From contig CAWDPO010000011.1 in assembly GCA_963804165.1 (NCBI GenBank), positions 64,001 through 128,000 on the forward strand: a DNA stretch of 64,000 bases. The letters run 5' to 3'. Shown one piece after another: positions 58,914 through 64,000 of this stretch (the stretch's first letter is position 1; every line of letters starts with the position of its first letter). The notes beneath the pieces are model-generated. The model worked only from the letters and a program-made list of their open reading frames with translations. It was not told where the DNA came from and did no database searches. The DNA is from an uncultured delta proteobacterium (GTDB taxonomy: Bacteria; Desulfobacterota; Binatia; UBA9968). The translations under genes were made by a program, and so were the position numbers.

Positions 58914-59729
58914 ATGCGACGCTTACGTGCTTGCACTTTGCTCCTCGGTTGTTTGTTGCTGCCCTCAGCGCCGTTGGCGGCGCAGCAGATCGTCACGCTG
59001 GCTACGCGTCCGGGGGTGACCCAGTCTTATTTCCTCACGAGCATTCCGAAGAATCTACAGGTAGTGGTGTTGCTATTTCCGGGTTCCGGCGGATTGATAA
59101 ATTTGCGCTCGGAGAACGGCCAGCCCAAATTCGGCCAGGGTAATTTTCTGGTGCGCAGCCGGGCCGAGTTCGTCAAGCGCGGTGTCGCCGCAGCGATCAT
59201 CGACGCGCCGTCGGATCAGCAAGGCGGACGGGGAATGACGGACGAGTTTCGACTCGGCGAGTCGCATTTCACCGACATTTCGGCGGTGATCGACGATCTG
59301 GGCAAACGCTTTTCCGGAGTGCCGCTATTTCTGATTGGTACGAGCCGCGGAACGATTTCGGCGGCGGTACTCGGCGTACGGCTCGGCTCGCGCACGGCGG
59401 GGTCAATCTTAACCTCGACGATGTTTCGCCCGGCCCCGAGAAAGTCTAATGAACCCGGTCCAGGCTTGAGCAATTTCGATTTCACGACGATTAAGATTCC
59501 GGTCCTGATAGCCCACCATGTGAGCGATCAATGCGAATCTACTCCCTACAGCGACGCGGCGAGGCTTTCGGACAAGTACCCCTTGATCACGGTGTACGGC
59601 GGCGCTACGCCGCAGTCTGGACCGTGCGATGCGTTCAGCGCGCACGGTTATTTCGGTAAGGAGTCGGAGACGGTAGAGCAAATCGTGAACTGGATGCTCA
59701 AAAAGCCGTTTCTTCACGAAGTGAAATAG
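58914..59729 (+). CDS. Exported alpha/beta hydrolase
   Basis: Signal peptide; GTSRG, HVSDQC..TP and PCDAFSAHGY motifs. Confidence 0.83.
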   Translation: MRRLRACTLLLGCLLLPSAPLAAQQIVTLATRPGVTQSYFLTSIPKNLQVVVLLFPGSGGLINLRSENGQPKFGQGNFLVRSRAEFVKRGVAAAIIDAPSDQQGGRGMTDEFRLGESHFTDISAVIDDLGKRFSGVPLFLIGTSRGTISAAVLGVRLGSRTAGSILTSTMFRPAPRKSNEPGPGLSNFDFTTIKIPVLIAHHVSDQCESTPYSDAARLSDKYPLITVYGGATPQSGPCDAFSAHGYFGKESETVEQIVNWMLKKPFLHEVK

Positions 59730-59739
59730 GGGATTTCCC

Positions 59740-60693
59740 ATGGCTATCGTGCCGCTTAGGCCCGTCGATAGAGTGGAGATACTCAGCGTGATGGATAATT
59801 CCATCGACGTGTTGATGGGTAATACACCGGTTGCCAAGCGGCATAAGCGCGCCAGCGATGCACATACGCGGCCGCAACTACGAGCGGAGCATGGCGTGTC
59901 GATGCTGGTGACGACGCACTCCGGCGGCAACAGAGATTCTTTTCTCTTCGATACCGGCGTGACCATCGACGGCGTGCTGCACAACATGGATGTGCTCGAA
60001 ATCAAGGGTAACGAGCTGCATGCCGTGGTCTTGAGCCATGGCCATACGGATCACACGCGGGGGCTGATGGGTTTCATCAAACGCTTTGGCCGACCGCGGG
60101 TGCCGATCGTGCTTCACCCCGACGCTTATTTGAAGCGGAAAAATATTCAGGGCGACGGCCACGAGTCGGAGCATATTCCACCGAGCAAGAAGGATCTCGA
60201 AGCCGAAGATGTAGAGATCATCGAAGAGCGCGGACCGACGATGTTAATCGGCGGCCATGCGCTGGTCACCGGCCAGATCCCGCGCACGACGCCGTTCGAA
60301 AAGGGCAGTCCCAATCAAGTCGCGCTGATCGATGGAACGTGGCAGCCCGATCCGTGGATTCACGATGACCAAGCGATCGTCATAAATGTTAAGGACAAAG
60401 GTTTGGTGGTGCTGACCGGCTGTGGACACGCCGGTGTGGTGAACACATTGAAATGCGCTCGGGAGATGACCGGAATAAATCAAATTCATGCGGTCATCGG
60501 CGGCTTCCATCTCACGGGGCCGATTTTCGAGCCAATCGTGCAGCCGACGGTTCAAGCGCTCAAAGAATTCAATCCGAGGATCATTGTGCCGCAGCACTGT
60601 ACGGGTTGGAAAGCGACGCATTTGATCGCTCGGGAGTTTCCGGACGCGTTTGTTCCCAACAGCGTCGGCACGACGATGGTGATTGGGGTATAA
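59740..60693 (+). CDS. MBL-fold hydrolase (DHPS-like MBL family)
   Basis: AEHGVS, FDTG, LSHGHTDH, DDQA, GCGHAG, GGFHL and HCTG motifs. Confidence 0.9.
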   Translation: MAIVPLRPVDRVEILSVMDNSIDVLMGNTPVAKRHKRASDAHTRPQLRAEHGVSMLVTTHSGGNRDSFLFDTGVTIDGVLHNMDVLEIKGNELHAVVLSHGHTDHTRGLMGFIKRFGRPRVPIVLHPDAYLKRKNIQGDGHESEHIPPSKKDLEAEDVEIIEERGPTMLIGGHALVTGQIPRTTPFEKGSPNQVALIDGTWQPDPWIHDDQAIVINVKDKGLVVLTGCGHAGVVNTLKCAREMTGINQIHAVIGGFHLTGPIFEPIVQPTVQALKEFNPRIIVPQHCTGWKATHLIAREFPDAFVPNSVGTTMVIGV

Positions 60694-60700
60694 AAAACTT

Positions 60701-60745
60701 GTTCAAAAGTTCAATCGTTCAAGGTTCAAAGTTGATTCAGTTCAC
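60701..60745 (+). repeat. GTTCAA 7/8-mer tandem array
   Basis: GTTCAAAA GTTCAATC GTTCAAG GTTCAAA GTTGATTCA GTTCAC, ending at the next ATG. Confidence 0.72.
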
Positions 60746-61825
60746 ATGAAGATAGGGTTGTTCACTGAGTTTTCCTATCCGGGCAAGTCGGAGCGGCAGA
60801 CGTACGCGGAAGTGTTAGAGCAAATCACCGTCGCCGACGAACTGGGTTACGACTTCTTCTCCACCACAGAGAGCTACGGCAAGGATTTGTTTTCCTGCTC
60901 GTCGTTTCCCTTGGGACTTTTCGTCGCGGCGGCTCAGCGCGCGCGGCGTATTCGCTTTCTTACCGGGATAATCAGCGCGCCATTGCATCATCCTGCGATG
61001 CTTGCCAGTGAGATTGCGGCTGCCGATTTGCTCACGGGAGGGCGGATCATGATCGGCATCGGGCGCGGGCATCCTTGGGTGTTAAATCGGGTCGGCGTCA
61101 ATCCTGCCGAGAGCACGGCGCGATTTGAAGAAAGCATCCGCATGCTCGTCGAGATATTCAAATCGAACTATATCGCGGATCTCGACGGTCAGTTCTGGCA
61201 GATCAAGGATTTCAAACTCAGCCCGCCGCCGGTGCAAGAGCCGCATCCGCCGATCTATACTGCCGCCGCGACGACGCCTGACAGCGCGATCTTCGCTGGC
61301 AAGATTGGCCACGGCTTGGTGCAGCCGGGTTATTTGGGAATTCCTTTTGACTTGGTGCGCGGCTTGACGGAGACGTACCGTAGCAATCTTCCAGCGAATC
61401 GAGCGGGCGATATCGTTCTGGGAATTCATCTCCATGTCGCGGGCGACCGCGACGAGGCCATTGAGAACGGCGCGCTTGCGTTGGCGACGCAGGCCGATGT
61501 GTTTTTGCGTTCCAGTCAGAGCAGGCCGAACCTGAGCGGCGTTAAGGAAGCGTACGCAACCAAGAGCGCGTCGAGGATGGCCTTCGAAAAATTGGCTACC
61601 CCAGAGAAAGCGCGCAACGCCGTTGGCGAAGAAGGGCCAAACATCATGGCTGTGTGGGGCACGGCGGAGGATTGCATCGAGAAGATCAAATTCTACGTCG
61701 ACTCGCTTCACCCCGAGCAACTCATGCTCAACATCGCTTCCGGAAGTCTCGCCCAGGACAAAGCATTGGAATCGATGCGGTTCTTTGCTGAAGAAGTGAT
61801 GCCGGCGGTACGCGGGTTGCCGTGA
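60746..61825 (+). CDS. Luciferase-like (LLM) flavin-dependent oxidoreductase
   Basis: MKIGLF, PLHHP, GRIMIGIGRG, PVQEPHPP and SMRFFAEEVMP motifs. Confidence 0.9.
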   Translation: MKIGLFTEFSYPGKSERQTYAEVLEQITVADELGYDFFSTTESYGKDLFSCSSFPLGLFVAAAQRARRIRFLTGIISAPLHHPAMLASEIAAADLLTGGRIMIGIGRGHPWVLNRVGVNPAESTARFEESIRMLVEIFKSNYIADLDGQFWQIKDFKLSPPPVQEPHPPIYTAAATTPDSAIFAGKIGHGLVQPGYLGIPFDLVRGLTETYRSNLPANRAGDIVLGIHLHVAGDRDEAIENGALALATQADVFLRSSQSRPNLSGVKEAYATKSASRMAFEKLATPEKARNAVGEEGPNIMAVWGTAEDCIEKIKFYVDSLHPEQLMLNIASGSLAQDKALESMRFFAEEVMPAVRGLP

Positions 61826-61917
61826 TAGAAAGTTGCCGTCAGGTCGAGCGCTAGAAATCAAAAGCTGCCGATCGTCGTGTCGAGCCGCTTTGCCGTGGCT
61901 GAACAGAGGAGAAGGCA

Positions 61918-62946
61918 ATGAACCGGATCCGTGTGTTGGTGTTTGTTGCCGCTTCGCTCAGCGCCGTGCTGCACGCGCAGACGCCTTACTATCAGGGGAA
62001 AACGGTCCGTATTATTGTAAGTACTTCCCCCGGCGGTCTCTACGATGCGTATGCGCGATTGATCGCTCAATACCTTGGCAAGTACATTCCCGGCAAACCC
62101 GAAGTTGTCGTCCAGAACATGCCCGGCGGGGGCAACATGGTCGGCGCGAATTATCTGTATTCCGTCGCCAAACCCGATGGCTTGACGCTGGGCACTTTCA
62201 ACGCGGGGCTTTATTTCAATCAACTGGCAGGCAACAAGGACGCCCAGTTCGATTGGACGAAATGGCTGTTTGTCGGCAGCCCGGACCGTTCGGAAGATTC
62301 ACTTTACATTCGCAGCGACACGCCCTTTAGAACGATACACGACGCACGCAAAGCAACCGAGGGGCCGAAATGCGGCGCGACGGGCGCTGGTACGACGGGA
62401 CATTATTTGCCGACGTTTTTGAATGATGCCATCGGCACCAAGTTCAACGTCGTCATGGGCTATCCCGGCGGACCGGAGATCGACTTGGCGGTGGAAAGAA
62501 ATGAAACTCACTGCCGGGCGTCTACGATCGCGGGTTGGTTCTCCACCGAGCGTTACGTCAACTGGAGGAAAGCAGGATTTGCCCATATCCTGGTGCAAAC
62601 CAATCCCAGGCGCGATCCTCGCTTGGCGAGCGTGCCGACGGTTTATGAGCTGATGGACGAATACAAGACCGCAGAACCGATCCGCAAGTTGGCCGACGTT
62701 GTGATCGGCTCCAATGGATTCGGGCGGCCCTATGCGTTCCCTCCGGCAACGCCGCCGGAGCAGGTTAGAATGATTCGCGAAGCTTTCATGAAATCCCTAA
62801 GCGACCCGGAACTTGTGACCGAGGCCACCCGGCGCCGAATGGATATCGAATACACGTCGGGAGAGAAGTTGGAAAAGTTGGCGAGAGAAGTCATGACGAA
62901 AGACCCGGACGTGATCGCGCGGATGAAAAAGTTGTTGGCGAAATAG
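61918..62946 (+). CDS. TctC/Bug family substrate-binding protein
   Basis: Signal peptide; YYQGKTV, QNMPGGG, KPDGLT and GYPGGPEI motifs. Confidence 0.9.
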   Translation: MNRIRVLVFVAASLSAVLHAQTPYYQGKTVRIIVSTSPGGLYDAYARLIAQYLGKYIPGKPEVVVQNMPGGGNMVGANYLYSVAKPDGLTLGTFNAGLYFNQLAGNKDAQFDWTKWLFVGSPDRSEDSLYIRSDTPFRTIHDARKATEGPKCGATGAGTTGHYLPTFLNDAIGTKFNVVMGYPGGPEIDLAVERNETHCRASTIAGWFSTERYVNWRKAGFAHILVQTNPRRDPRLASVPTVYELMDEYKTAEPIRKLADVVIGSNGFGRPYAFPPATPPEQVRMIREAFMKSLSDPELVTEATRRRMDIEYTSGEKLEKLAREVMTKDPDVIARMKKLLAK

Positions 62947-63035
62947 CCCCCATTTGGATTTTCAGCAGATCTCGACTGTAAAGTTTGACACGCTCCTTTC
63001 AACTGCGATAACTGTGGCTCGAGACGGAGGCATGT

Positions 63036-64000
63036 ATGGAATACGTACAATTTGGCACGACTGAGTTTAAAGTTTCGCACCTGGCGCTCGGTTGCATGAG
63101 CATGTCGGGCGCCTACGGACCGGCGGATGACAACGAATCGATCGCGACGCTGCATCGAGCGTTCGATCTCGGCATCAACTTCATCGATACGTCGGCGAGC
63201 TATGGCAGCGGGCACAATCATGAATTGATCAACAAAGCGCTGAAAGGGCGCCGCGAGCGCATCGTCATTCATTCCAAGTCGGGCAGTCCACGCGCGCCGG
63301 ATGCGACAGGTAGCCGCAGCGGCAGCACGCCGGAATATCTGACGCAGAACTGCGAGCAAAGCGTGAAGCGTTTGGGCATCGATGCTCTCGACGTCTTCTG
63401 CATGTCGCGGGTCGACCCGGACATCCCGGTTGAAGAGTCGGTGGGCGCGATGGCGCGGCTGGTGGAGCGCGGGCTCACTCGTTACATCGGATTGTCGGAA
63501 GCGAGCGCGAACTCAATCCGGCGCGCGCGCAAGGTTCATCCCATCTCCTCTCTGCAGATCGAGTATTCGCTTTGGTCGCGCGACCCCGAGGGCGGCAATA
63601 TTCAGGCTTGCCGTGAATTTAATATGGGCTTCATGGCGTACTCGCCGCTGGGGAAAGGATTCTTCGCGGGCGCGGTGCACGCTCCTTCAGACATGTCCGA
63701 TGGCGACGGCCGCAACGGTCATCCGCGTTTTCAGCCGGGGAATCTGGAAAAGAATCTCAAACTGCTTGCCCAATTTGAAGAATTGGCAAAGGAAAAAGAC
63801 GCAACGCCGGCGCAGCTTGCTTTAGCGTGGTTGATGGCGCAGGGAAACGATATTATTCCGATCCCGAGCAATAAGTCGCGCAAACACCTCGATGAAAATT
63901 TTAAGGCGGCCGAGATTAAATTGAACAAAGAAGATTTAGCGCACCTCGATGCGATCTTTCCGGCGGGCGCCGCCGCGGGACCGCGCAGCCGGGACATGCA
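63036..64000 (+). CDS. Aldo/keto reductase, truncated by window end
   Basis: From ATG 63036: MEYVQFG..LALGCMSMSGAYG, FIDTSASYG, IGLSEA, LQIEYSLWSR, YSPLGKG, PIP; GGAGG SD; absent from the ORF track because no stop falls in the window. Confidence 0.92.
   Translation, partial: MEYVQFGTTEFKVSHLALGCMSMSGAYGPADDNESIATLHRAFDLGINFIDTSASYGSGHNHELINKALKGRRERIVIHSKSGSPRAPDATGSRSGSTPEYLTQNCEQSVKRLGIDALDVFCMSRVDPDIPVEESVGAMARLVERGLTRYIGLSEASANSIRRARKVHPISSLQIEYSLWSRDPEGGNIQACREFNMGFMAYSPLGKGFFAGAVHAPSDMSDGDGRNGHPRFQPGNLEKNLKLLAQFEELAKEKDATPAQLALAWLMAQGNDIIPIPSNKSRKHLDENFKAAEIKLNKEDLAHLDAIFPAGAAAGPRSRDM

Overview
GC-rich (visually about 55-60%) bacterial chromosome segment of accessory metabolism and transport genes. 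The gene content (many TctC and NitT/TauT binding proteins, LLM, VOC and M24 enzymes) suggests Candidatus Binatia, but that assignment is inference only. I saw no rRNA, tRNA, CRISPR array or intact transposase. Main points: (1) A probable phosphate-starvation lipid-remodelling locus at 1-7.5 kb: PAP2 phosphatase, a GT4 glycosyltransferase, a class III aminotransferase fused to an Mpo1/DUF962-like membrane domain, a PEMT-type methyltransferase and GDPD. Its promoters carry 11-bp-periodic Pho-box-like arrays, also seen upstream of phoX at 28 kb. (2) An orphan glycine/sarcosine/betaine-reductase protein B module whose GrdB has an in-frame UGA (UxxC) and a SECIS-like hairpin, with no grdA/C/D nearby. 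(3) An internally duplicated catabolic cluster at 44.9-56.6 kb: 2 OCD-like enzymes, 2 M24 enzymes lacking the metal ligands, 2 VOC proteins, 2 binding proteins and an ABC transporter. (4) Dispersed intra-operon GTTCAA tandem arrays and several REP/MITE families, one apparently inside a coding region. (5) About 14 genes with single-base frameshifts, most likely long-read assembly errors.
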